Origin: Lama glama
Lineage: Eukaryota
NCBI GenBank assembly: GCA_028534125.1
Contig: CM052832.1
Coordinates: forward strand, 18,788,001 to 18,852,000
Direction of reading: 5' to 3'
Length of the DNA stretch: 64,000 bases
Program-made: the position numbers and the translations under genes
Shown here: positions 50,081-62,107 of the stretch, piece by piece
Layout of the letters: each line of letters begins with the position of its first letter
Numbering within the stretch: the first letter of the stretch is position 1
The notes under the pieces: generated by a model
The model's input: only the letters and a program-made list of their open reading frames with translations
What the model was told of the DNA's origin: nothing
The model's database searches: none

Positions 50081-52804
50081 ATACACTGGAAAAGGGCTCC
50101 AAGGCTGGGCTGACAAAAACAGCAGATGGCCAGTTCAATCACTACCTTGGCTTTTATGATCATTGTAACTGAAAATTTTAGCTCTGAGGCTCCTGGCAAC
50201 AAAGACAAAAAAAGGAGACACAGTATTATTTTCATTAATTGATTATTTTAAGAGGAAGCAGGTGAGTTTTTAAATGAGAAAAGTTCATTTTTCCAGGCAC
50301 TAAATGCTAAAAGCAATTTAGCATATAAGCTATTTATTCAAAAATATTCACAGGTCCTCAATAAAGCACAGAATAGGAAAGTGAACTGATTATTCTTTTA
50401 ACAAAAAACATGCAGACACGTCCTTCAAGCTGGCCTTCTCGTAATAAATTCTGCTAAAAGCTAAAGAGAGACATTAAAAATTAATGTAGTGAAAGGCGCT
50501 TCTTCTGGGAGGGACTAGCCAGGTAGCTTTCTGGAAAGAAAGGTCTCCTAGCCCCCAGCCCTGCCATCCTGTAATCCTGCTACCACATTGTGGCCAAACA
50601 TATATCCAGTGTCTCCCCTTCTTTCTGGGCTCCCCACAAGCTTCTGGAAAGCAGGCCATGACTTAACCCCAAACTAAACTTCATACTTTGAATTCTTTTC
50701 CCACTTGACGCTACTGGGCTAACTCTTCCTTGGCCTTTAAGGCTCCACTCGGGCATCAGCTTCCCAGGGCAGCATCCCTCTAGTTCTGAACTAAGCCAAG
50801 GACCGGTCAGTAATCCCACAGGACCGTGGGCAGCACACCTCTTACCACGTGCTACTGAGACCACCTGGCAGATTCTGCCTGTTCTTTTTGTCTCACTGAT
50901 CCTTACACCCCTGGGGCAGCACAGGGCCCGACATGTCACAGTCCAGCAAACACCGCTGGAGCGGTGCCTAACTCCAGAATGAAACTCTCTTCTCCGACTT
51001 CCCTCTCTCATCCCCACTTTCAATTTCCTGCCCTGCAACTGCATGCCTCGATGCACCCAACTGCACTATTTTAACCATGAATCCCCAGCGCTGGAGAGAA
51101 TCACATGCTCTTCACAAGTTCACCATTAAACAACTCACATAAAAGAAGGTCTACTTAGATTAATAATAATGAGCTAATGCCCAGACTAGAAGTTGAAACT
51201 TTCCAAATATCTTCTTTTACACTCAACAGCCTGAACAACTCTTTGGAGTAAAAATATCCCTACTTCTCTTCTCCCTGTTTTTCCCAGCCCTATCTTTCCA
51301 AAGACACACGTGCAATAAGAATAGCTAAGATATTGTCATTATCTTTGAAAAATTCTGTCTGAAATAAGAAAGGATCTGCACTTAAATATGACTGAAGAAG
51401 TAATCAGATCTCTTGTTCAACGTCTCCAAAAGATCCCTTCTGCGTTTCATTTAAACACATACTTCCTCTTACCCGTATGTTGATCTGAACATCAGTGACG
51501 CCTCTTAGAAGAGAAGACTTCTCTCATTCCGTGCAAAGATAATACAAACTTCTAACCACAACATGTCCTGATCACTTAGGACGAGGTCAGGGAACTCAAA
51601 TTTGTACAGAGGCCAAGGTGACATGGGGCCTTGTAAAAGAGCAAAGGAGTCTGCGTGGGAAAACAACAGCCTTGAGGACGACGACAGCTGGCAGCCAACA
51701 CTGGGCTTCGGGGTCAATGAGAACACGAGGGCATGGGACTGGGGCACACCGCGGAGAGCAGTCTCAGCCGGAAGGGCTCAGTCACCAGCTCTTCTGATCT
51801 CTGTCCAAGGTCTAAGTTCTTAAGAGCGGCTGAAATCGAGATTTATAACCAAAATCCCCCAAGTGGTAAATATTGGCAAATTTTTTTTAAGCACTCTGTA
51901 TTTAAAGCACATTGGAACAGGCTGCAGGCCACTAGCTTGTGACATCTGCTTTCGGTCTAAGCTACCCATTGTCATCTTAAATGGCCCACTGATGCTCATC
52001 AGCTTTTGTCTTCTCCAACATGACAGAAAGATCTTTTGTGACTGGAAACACATATGACCCTCCTAAGACTGGCACCAATTGTAGAGCCCAAGACCCGATG
52101 CCCCATCTCCAGAACAGCTGGAATAAAGCATCCATGTTAACCAACATGAGTTCTGTCCAGCTCATTACAGGACAGTTTCCCCCGACATTTCAGCTGAATT
52201 ATCTCAACTGCTGTTGCCACCAGGAGCCAGGGGACAGGTGAAGGCAAATGAGGTCCCTAAGGAAGTGCTCCAAAGGCCCACGTAACCCTAGGTAAGTCTG
52301 GGAGAGAAAGAAATAATGATCCCAAGTTCGTATAGTGGAACTTGAAGAGAAAGGGTGTGACAGCTGAACTCAGAGAAGCTTCTATAGAAAAGGAACAAGG
52401 CCTTGCAGCTCTAAAGAAAAGGTACATAAGCATGCACACAAGAGGGACAGAAATGACATCAAGGTAGAAAGGAAGCTTTTAATGAAATGCCCAAAAAACT
52501 CCTGGTCTGTAGCTGCTTTAATGTAAGAGTCACAGGACTAACTAGAAAATTCCCAGGTCGGTCTTTAAGGACCAAGCCCTACGCTGAGCATCTGCAGGGT
52601 CCTTTCTGTTTGGGGAGGCGCCTGTCAGTGAAACTAGATTTAAGCACCTTGCTGTGGTTCAGTCTCGTTCAAAGGACCTCATTCGTTCTTTATCCCTTTC
52701 AGACACCTCTGGCTTATCTTGGTCTACTCATTCTGTGAACCCGGTCCACACACACTCGTCTCCCCCACCCTGTGCCCCTACGAGCTTGGCACAGAAGAAA
52801 AATG

Positions 52805-52925
52805 CACCTGAAACTTGGCTTTAAACAGGAGTTTTCTTTATTCCCTCACTTCCTCATCTACAAATGGGGAGACCCCACCTATCTCACGGTGGGGATTAGA
52901 TGAAATAATAAATCAATGCTTCCAA
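52805..52925 (+). mobile_element. MIR fragment
   Basis: cctcacttcctcatctacaaatgggg...cacctatctcacggtggggattagatgaaataa. Confidence 0.7.
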
Positions 52926-53649
52926 CAGAAATCGTGCTCAAAGGTTCCTTTCTCTCCCCAAGCCCCCTGCCTGCCACTCAAGCCCCCAACATTTTATAGT
53001 TTATGACCCCAAATGTCAAAAGTATAAAACCCTGAAATACTGACAGAACCACACAGACGCTGGAAGAGATACACAAGTGATAAATCTCTTTTTCTTCTTC
53101 TTACTCATCAACATAAATTTGCTCAGTGATGGATTAATGAAAGATCTGTCAATTCCAAGAAGCTGGATTCAAAAACACACCATAAAGCACACGGTAACCC
53201 ATATCAACAGCCAGTAATAATTTTTATTGCCGCCTGTTTCGCTACTTGCCAGGAAATTTTTTTTTAATCCTGGATGTTGTTTTAAATATAGTAATAAAAG
53301 AAAATATGACCGGCTGTTGCAGCCCATATGCTACCCCTTTTCAGGACTACAAAATGCTCATTTAGAGTTGGTGTGTACCCAGCAAGGAGCAGCCGGAGGG
53401 GAGCCAGAGAAGTCAATGAAAACTCAACTGTTTGGAAAACTAGTAAATAGAAAATTGGGGCTGTGTTTCTCTGGTTTCTTCTCATTTCAAGTCCCAGGTG
53501 CAAATCAAGTCAATCCTTGAATTTTTATTGCAGTTTCACTGAAGACCCATCTAGAATGCCGAGTTAATGATTCCCTGTGCTACAAAGCTCAACTTCCTCT
53601 GAGTAAGTTCCCAGAAGCTTTAAGCACAGTTGAGCACTCCGCGCTGCTT

Positions 53650-54990
53650 GAAATAGTCCCCAGGAAACAGTTTCCTGGTTCTCCTCTCTTCTCACTGGCT
53701 GTCCCCACTGTTCCTTTGCTGGCTCACACCCCTCTGAATGTTGAGCTCCTCCTGGCTTGGTCCTTTTCCACTTTTCCTTTTCTCTCTCTCCCTAGGTGGG
53801 ATCACACCTGTTCCAATGGCTTCAAATGCTCTGTTGTACACAGGCAGGTCCCCGACATCTTTCTTGAAATTATAACTTTCTTCCGGGCTGCAAGCTCATA
53901 TTGCCACCAACACTCAACATCCTCACTTGGACGTCTCAAAGGCATCCCAAACTCAATGTGTTTGGAAGTTATGTCCTTTCCCCACCCCCACCAGTCTCTA
54001 TCACCACATTAAATAAGGTCCCTACCTGCCTGGTCTCTCAAATTCATCACTGATTTCTCCTTTTTCCTCAACTTTCATACACAAGTTCTGTCATTTCTAT
54101 ATTCCAAACATATCCTGAATCTGCCCACCTCTCACCACCTCCTCCAGCCATTCTGAGACCAGTGGTTCTCAAACTTCCTGGACATCAGATTGTCTAGAGG
54201 GCTTGTTAAAAGAGATTGCTGGGTCCCACGCCCCTCCCCGCCCCCTGTCCCCAAGTTCTGATTCAGTAGGTCTGCGATAAGGCTGAGAATCTACATTACT
54301 AATAAGTTCCCAGGTGATTCTGCTTCTGCGGATGCTGGAAACATGCTTTAAGAACGATTGCCCTAGACCAAGTCATCACTGCTCAGCTCCACTACACAGG
54401 AACACCCAAATTACTGGTCTTCCCACTGTCTCACCTCCCTCTAATTTATTCTCTACTTAAGATGCCTCAGTAATCATTTTAAACATATCAGATTGTGTTA
54501 TTCAAAAATAAAATCCACCCTCCTTAGTCACCACAGTGTATGTGGTCCAGCAGGAATTCTTTGATCCACTGTGCTCTAGCTTCAGAGTCTGTTCAGCTCC
54601 CCTAAAAACATAAGCTTCCTCAGGGCCTTTGCACATTCTGCTGAATCTGCCTAAAAGCCTTTCCCCTCACTCTTCACATGACTGTCATCTCTTTTCCTTC
54701 AGGCATTACCTTAAATGTCACCACCTCAAAAATGTCTCATCTAACTACCCTACATAGCCCCCATCCAACTTCAAATTCCCTATCATTATACCCTTTTTGA
54801 CAGTTTCAGCTTGGCCACAATTACTGTGTATAAATATATTTACTTGTTTGTCTGCCCCACTGCTTAGATGGCTACTTAAGCCTTATCTGTCATATTTGCC
54901 GTATACCCAGCATAGTGCCTGCTATATATATAGTACATACTGAATAAGTTTCTATTGTATAAATAGGTGAACAAATGAAAGAATAAATAC
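53650..54990 (+). mobile_element. L2 3' ~1.1 kb, interrupted by MER5A
   Basis: ctcaacatcctcacttggacgtctcaaaggcatcccaaactcaatgtgt...cctcagggcctttgcacatt...cttaaatgtcaccacctca...catagtgcctg. Confidence 0.85.
54160..54360 (-). mobile_element. MER5A hAT-Charlie MITE
   Basis: cagtggttctcaaactt...agggcttgttaaaa...ttctgattcagtaggtctg...aagttcccaggtgattctg...tttaagaacgattg; imperfect 8-bp flanks tctgagac / ccctagac. Confidence 0.9.
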
Positions 54991-55485
54991 CAAACCTTGA
55001 AACAAGAGAAGGCAATGACTTCAAATTTCTAGCTAAAATCATCAAACAACCTTCCAGATGATCTGAATCAATCTCTTTAAGACAAGTACATTATCTTCCA
55101 AACAAGTCAAAACAATACCATATGAGATCCATGAGGGAAAAAAAAAAATCTGAACATAAATCATTTCCACAAAAACAGACCGACAGCAGAACCCTGAAAT
55201 CTGGAAGTAGATTGTCTTTTCCAGTACTTGTTTTTTTTTTTAAGATAGCTAAATATTAACCTTCACACCAGATGACACTTTTACAAATGCTCCCAGATGA
55301 AACAGCTCATGGTATATGACAATATGTCAACACCCTTTCATACGCTATATATTCCTGCCTCACATAATGGCAAATAGTCAAGTTTCAACGAATTCTCCAC
55401 CGCATGGATGATGGAAACCTCATCTCAGGGCCCTGCACGGGGAGCTGGTCCACACAGATGCTCATGGTAATAAATCAGGCAAACT

Positions 55486-55571
55486 GGGGGGCAGACCACA
55501 TGCTCAGTATACACAAGGTCCTGGGTTCAACCCTCAGTACCTCCATTAAAAAATAATCATTATTAAATAAA
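55486..55571 (+). mobile_element. Camelid SINE (vic-1-like) lacking the A-box region
   Basis: cacaaggtcctgggttcaaccctcagtacctccattaaaaaa; imperfect TSD taataaatcaggcaaactg / taataaaccaagcaagtg. Confidence 0.8.
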
Positions 55572-56258
55572 TAATAAACCAAGCAAGTGAACACAAAGCT
55601 CAAAGGAACCTGTACCCTTCACCCTCCAAACAGTGCCTGCTTTTCCCCAATCCCTGATGAAAGGCCTGCTCCATGCTTGCTCATTAAGCAAATCTTTGTT
55701 GAGCAAGGAGTAAGTAAAAGAATATATCGTGGGCATTCACAGCAACATTCTGGAATCACACTGCCACTGGAATACTCCTGAAAAGAAATTCTGTTACCAC
55801 TTTTCTGCTCACAAACCCCCAACACCTCCCAGTGTGGCCCCCCCTAAAAAATTCTATACTCCGTAGTGTGGCACAGGAGAACCTTCTTGATCTGCTTTTT
55901 CTGGCAGCTGCTTCTGCTTCCGGCTGCATTTCTCACCACGGCCCAGGCTCTCCTGCTGCAATTCTGTAACCAAATCTGTTTCCCCTCAGATCAAGCCTCC
56001 TTGCAGAGCAAGCCCTCCAAGAACCACCTCATCCTAATCTAATCCCAGTTTCCCCTCAACACTTGGTTTGGTGTCACAGATGTGGACCACATGCCCCTCC
56101 CTGGGCAAACCACCAACATAGCTCTTTCTGGACTCCATGGAATTAGTTAATTTCCTTGCTTTCTCCTTGACAATACTGTAAAATCTTTGAGGGTCAGATC
56201 CAGACTGTTTTCTTTTCCCATCCCAGTGCCTGCCACAAGAAGGGTTCAGAAGAAAATA

Positions 56259-56700
56259 ACAATAGTCAAGAGGCAGAAGCAACCCCAACATCCACCAGTG
56301 GGTGTATATTCACACAGTGGAATAGTATACAGCCTTTAAAAAGGAGCTCCCGCCATACGCAACAACAGAGATGAACCTTAAGGACCTGACACTAAGTGAA
56401 ATAAGCCAGGCTCCAAAAGACAAACACTCCATGAGTCCACTCTATGCAGTATCTCAAGTAATCAAACTCTTAGAAACAGAAAGCAGAATGGTGGTTGCCA
56501 GGGACAGAGGAGACAGGGAAAAGGGAACTTGCTATTCAGTGGGTTGAAAGTTTCAGTTTTGCAGGATGAGAAAGTTCTTTAGATGTGCTGCACAGCAAAG
56601 TGCATACAGTTAACATTACTGTACTACACACTACAAAATGGTACAGACAGTAAACTGTACGTTAGGTAAGGGGGGTTTCCATCACAATTTTAAAAAAGAA
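56259..56700 (+). mobile_element. L1MB-like 3' end
   Basis: gatgaaccttaaggac...ctaagtgaaataagccag...gaaacagaaagcagaatggtggttgccaggg...agtttcagttttgcaggatgagaaagttct. Confidence 0.9.
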
Positions 56701-56859
56701 GAATGAATATAACTGAGGAAGGAGACTTTTATCTACCCCCTCCCCACCAACAACTGAGGCCTAAGCAGGAATCTTTCAGTTTCCAGAAAAGTAAATCTTA
56801 TGCAGAAATTCCTATTTTCCCACTAATATTTATCATGCTAGACTAATGTTGCCACAACA

Positions 56860-57372
56860 GGCGTCAGGCTCCAAAGCAAGCCAAGAGGAGACCATCTGGC
56901 ACAGAAAGGGCCAGCAAGGACCCAGCTGGCCACCTGGCCCCTGGGCACCCCTCCCCTCAGCCCCCTGCCCCGCCTCGTGCCCCTCTTGCCCCTCCCCTTA
57001 CTCCTCCCCTCAGCCCCAGTGGCCTTCCTGGGGTTCCCATGCACATCCCTGATCAGGCCAAGCACACATCCACTTTGCAGCCTCCATTTACCCCGTGCCC
57101 TCACCTGGAACGTCTTAACCCTCCCTGCAGAGTTCTCTACTCCATGACCTAAACTTTTCCAACCCCCAAACAGCATCCCCTTCACCCCACTGTGGCCCTT
57201 TATCCTTCCGTCTCTACCACCAGATATCTTATCACACGTTTATCTGAGCATCCACTGTCCCTCTCCCCCACTAGAATGTAAGGATCAGTGACTTGTTTTG
57301 TGTGCTGCTGTATTCTTGCTTCCTAGAAAATCCTTGGCTTACAGTACACTCAAATGTTTGTTGAGTAAATGA
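56860..57372 (+). mobile_element. L2 3' fragment
   Basis: Ends with ctctccccactagaatgtaag...tgctgtattcttgcttcctagaa...ctcaaatgtttgttgagtaaatgaa. Confidence 0.8.
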
Positions 57373-58356
57373 AGAGCGAGATACATTCAGCCCCATATAA
57401 TATGAGGAACTGTGACACTTAACAACACCCTTAGGATTGCTGGGCTGTGCTTAATCCTGCAAAAATCAGCTGCAACTTCCCAACGCTAGAAATTTACTTC
57501 TCATTTTCTTCTGACCAGTGTTTATCTGAGAGCCTTGCTCTGAGTGCCTCTATCAACAGATATGGGTTTTGAGACAAAAAAAGGAAAATGTGAGACTCTT
57601 CAACATAATCAGAACCTTGCACTAGGGATGCCATGATGCTGATCAGGCTCTGGAGTGAAGCAGGAGGGTCTCCCTCCAGGGGTGGCCCATGTCTCCTCCA
57701 CACTCCCCAGCATGGAGTTTGCTCCCCTCTGTGGCATCTGCAGACAGGAGAAGGCATTCCTACAGGCCAGCCCCCTCGGAGGGCATTAAATGAGGTGAAC
57801 GCCCATGATTCGTGATTAGCTGGACTATTCTCTGAGCCATGGGCTCCCCCACTGCTGACGCGGGATGCCAGCCAGACACATGTCTTCTCTTTCCTCTGTG
57901 CCTCTTTTCCTTCTGCCACAACTGATCACTACCCCTCCATCTTTCTACTCTGAGCTTGAAAACCAAAGTATCCTAAATCCTGAATCATCTTTTAACCCCT
58001 TGTCACTTGATCATTTATATGTGAAAACTATAGCCAAGAGGAAAACAAACAGATAAACAAACAGTGCTTTGCAGAGAAGAGACGTGAAGATTAATGCAAC
58101 TGTCTGGGTCCCCAAAGGTGTAGAATTGAGTGACTAGCCACAAACTGAGCTGTCACAAAAACTGCAAAAAAAATAACCTCGAACTACTTTAATTTTCAAA
58201 AATCTTCACCAACCATTCACAAATTCCTCCAGGTGAGCTTCAACTAAGAGAACTGACCAAGCTTTAGGAATACATTTTAGTCCACATTTTTTCACCCCTT
58301 CTTTCCCTTTCTACCAGTACTTTCCCACATGTTGATCCAGGTCAGACATCCCTTTT

Positions 58357-58471
58357 GTTGTTGTTTTCATTTGTTTTTAAAATTTTTTAAATTCTTATTT
58401 TTTATTGAAGTGTAGTTGATTTACAATGTTAGTTTTACACGTATAGCAAAGCAATTCAGTTATACATACAG
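58357..58471 (-). mobile_element. Very short L1 3' end (cetartiodactyl-type)
   Basis: tttattgaagtgtagttgatttacaatgttagttt...attcagttatacataca; perfect TSD agacatccctttt (58344-58356 / 58472-58484). Confidence 0.9.
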
Positions 58472-59471
58472 AGACATCCCTTTTTTATCCTGTCCATCTA
58501 CCTAATAGATTTTTATTCCTCTGTTCCATCTGTTGGACTTCAAGAGCTCCCTATCCAGCAGGCAGGTCACAGTGAGAGAAACCTTCCAGATGAAGGTGGA
58601 ATTACCTGGAATATTTGCAAAACACCAAAGGGAGAGTGGAAAGGGGTGTTCCTGGGGGAACAGAATTCATCCAACCATCCCAACTCTTGCTCTTCCCTGA
58701 GCCTCCTCCCTCAGTACCTGTGGACCATAAATCATCATGCTGTCTTTGAAGCTGAATGAAGCAACCTAGCCAAAGAGATGGGGCCTTGGACCGGGTGGGA
58801 TGGTGATCTATTAAAAGATGGAATCCCAACTTAGCAGTTAGCAAACAGTCCTGTGAGAACTCCCTGGATCTTGATAAGGAGGGGTAGAGAGAGACATAAA
58901 AATGGTGCTTACATGATAACAATAAGTGACCCAAGCTTAACAGAGTCTGCTCTTTAGAGAGCTTCAGCCTGAGACTATCAGTCAGGTAACTCCCGTCTAA
59001 ATCCAGTGGGATCAAAGAACAGACCACTATGGGATGGAGGCAGCATTTTTCCCAAATCATTATAATGTGCAGACTGGGTTAGTAAAGGAAAGTTTCCAAG
59101 ATCGTGGAAAACAGAAGGTTCTGATGGCTGAGCAACTCAAAGGGAGCGCCCAGGTGAACTGAGGAAGAAGTTAAATAAGGTTGAATGCAGCTTCACTGTA
59201 TCTGGCATTTTCCTCTGTAGCTTTTAGGATGAATAAGACAACTTTCTACCTTTTCTCCACTGATAACTTACGTGGAAAGGGTCCTACTGGTAGATGTAAA
59301 GGGGACATTCACTCCTCAAATGTTTACTAAGGTCCACGGGGCCATGCTGGGTACTGGGGACACAATGGCTCCCGCCTTTATGGCATCCACAGCTAGGGTA
59401 ACTCACCAGGGAACCCCCTTCTCACACGAGATCAACCTACTCATCAACACCAACATCTTTGTGTTGAAAAA

Positions 59472-59673
59472 GAGTGAACCCTGAACAACGTGGACATTAG
59501 GGGCAGTCGAAAATCTGCACGTAACTGCGAGTTGGCCCCTACATACGCAGCTGCAATTCCTCCACATCTTCAGGTTCCACAAGCCCCAAAGTGTGGCACC
59601 ACAGTACTATCAGAACAAATCCCATATAAGTGGATCTATGCAGCTTAAACCTGTGTTGTTCAAGGCTCAACTG
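59472..59673 (-). mobile_element. Tigger2-derived MITE
   Basis: TIRs agtgaaccctgaacaac / gttgttcaaggctcaactg followed by TA; internal gcagtcgaaaatctgcacgtaact and tataagtggatctatgcagcttaaacc. Confidence 0.8.
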
Positions 59674-61074
59674 TAGTTATCTTCCTAGAGAAGAAACGTT
59701 CATCAATACAGCGCCGGTCTGAGGTTGGCATTGCAAGTAAACACAGACGACAGCACGAGGAAAGCCCCAGTGCTCCGGTGGCTTCTCCATGCCCATGGAA
59801 GGCATGAGACACATTTCTCATGAGTCGTATCTAATAACCTCATCGTCCAAACTTGAAAGATATTTTTCATCTACTTCCTGCATTCTTCCTCATAAGTGTC
59901 CTTGCTGCTCTGGGACACATTCTGACACTTACAGAAATTATCTATAGACAGTAAATACTCCAAACACATAATGACATACAATCCCCACAGCAGGAGAGAA
60001 TGCTGAAAATTCTGTACAGCATTCACCGACACGCACACGCATTTATGTTGCCTAAATGGTGTGTATGTGTGTGTGTTTAATCCAGGGCACTTTAACAATC
60101 ACCCTGTTTATTCCTTTGTATCATAGCACTGGACTTCTTTGAAATTAACTGAAAGAAACAAAAGGCTCAAAAGAGCATCAAATACTAAAGTTTTCTTTTC
60201 CGGAGTCATGTGTAATATAACATGTCACATACCAACGCTGTGTTCTGCTAATTTAGTTTCCTCCAGTTGGGGAAGGCATTCTTGTTCTTTTATTTAGAAA
60301 ATTACTTTAACCTTTCCTATTTGCGTACAGTACTACAGGCCGTGACAGCCCCGAGGTTTACAATCACAAGATGCATTTACCATTAACTTACTCATTCCAT
60401 GCCACGTTCCCCTGAACCTTCCCGGTTTCACCAAGGCTGCATCAGACCCTCTTTAAGGGTCTCGAACATTCTGTGTGGCGTCTCCCAGATCTCTTATCTC
60501 ACCACCAGAGCTCCTACATTACCTGTCCCTCCATGAGTCTGGAACAAATCAAGCATGAAGGCCTTTATTCTTGGTTTGCTACAGAATCTCCTAAGCTCCC
60601 GAAACCCAGTAGGTGGGCGCTCAATTAAAGTAGAAAAATAGTAAGTGATCACATTTTTTATTGACCAAAGACTATATTCCATGCAACTAGATGCTGTAAA
60701 TCTTCCCCTCAAGGAGTAATTCCAATTCTGGACATTTCCAGAAAAGACAGGCAGAGGCCAGGCAACCAGTGTGTGCAGAATCTTGAATGTACATATTGGG
60801 GGTGGGGCAGGCAGACAATGCATGGTCCAGAACAGTCTAGACGATCTTTAGGGTTCCTCCCATTCCTGAGAGTCCTAGAAAGAGGCAGAACACACACACC
60901 CCCGCCACCGGCACTCCAGAGAAGCTGAGAGGCAGCCATCAGCTAAATCTCTACGGCTTCCACCAAGAATGCCACGTCCCTTCCAGGGAGGAATGTTATC
61001 TCAAACATCTGACCAGCCTGCAGGGAGAGACTCTTGACTCCACGCTTTGTTTCCTTTTTATTTCTGAACAAAGC

Positions 61075-61190
61075 CTATTCGAAGGATGCCATTTGTTGGG
61101 GGAATAAAATGAGTTATGATATCTAAAAGACTTAGAAACAGCTCCTGGCCAATGGTAAGCATGCAATGTCTGTTAGCTATTAATACTGTT
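61075..61190 (+). mobile_element. MIR 3' fragment
   Basis: aaatgagttatgatatctaaaagacttagaaacagctcctggc...gttagctattaat. Confidence 0.65.
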
Positions 61191-61815
61191 TTCTATTTAA
61201 TCCGAACAAAGGTAAACCATGACACTTCGGTGACAGTTATCTTCCTTATCCTTTGAAGTGTCCACTGTGTTATTATTCAGCCACAATGAATAGACCTGGG
61301 AAATAGAAATCCAAAAACAAACAAAAAGACACCCTCCCCTGTAAGTTTAGGGAAATATCTTTGCTCATGTAGATGCGGCAGATTAACGAGGTACTGCTTC
61401 CTCTAACGACCTAGAAACACAGTGGTGCCCACTCCTCTAAAACTTGCCTGTAATCATGGGCAGGGGTAGGCAGGAGGGAGAGGAAGGGGGACAACGTTCC
61501 CATTTTACCTAATCAGATTTCTCTTTAGTAACAACATTGTAAGTGTAGTAGAAATAACACCGTATTCTGGGTATGCTTCGAGTCTTTGAAGCAAAATTGC
61601 CCGTGTTCATTGACTAAGGCTCAACAATTCATCTTCTCTGACTAGTGTCTGAACATAACACGTGCAGGTGGGTTTGCTGATAGACATGCAAGGTAAAAAG
61701 CAATTAACCAACCTACTCTCTCTCAGGGAGCCGTAATTATTTTTTAAGAGGTGGATATATGTAGAAATTCAGTATTCCCCAAATCAGCAGCAATATTATC
61801 CCACTCAAACATTTT

Positions 61816-62107
61816 TAGGAGGGATAAATTAAGAGTTTGGGATTAGTAGATACAAACTACTATATATAAAATAGATAAATAACAAGGTCCTACTGTATAG
61901 CACAGGGAACTATATTCATATATATATTATAATAACCTAATAACCTATAATGAAATAGGTTATAATATAATCTATAATAAAAAAGAATAACCTATAATGA
62001 AAAAGTGTATATATATATATATGAATGACTGAATCACCATGCTATACACCAGAAACTAACATAACATTGTAAATCAACTATACTTCAATTAAAAAATTTT
62101 AAAAAGA
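61816..62107 (+). mobile_element. 5'-truncated L1 3' end (cetartiodactyl-type)
   Basis: ggagggataaattaagagtttgggattagtagatacaaactactatatataaaatagat...acattgtaaatcaactatacttcaatt; TSD aaacatttt (61807-61815 / 62108-62116). Confidence 0.9.

Noticed and set aside
58728..58775. 48-nt minus-strand exon-like segment (VASFSFKDSMMIYGPQ)
   Set aside because: Donor GTACTG is mediocre and the peptide is unrecognised. Such pairs are expected by chance in 64 kb.
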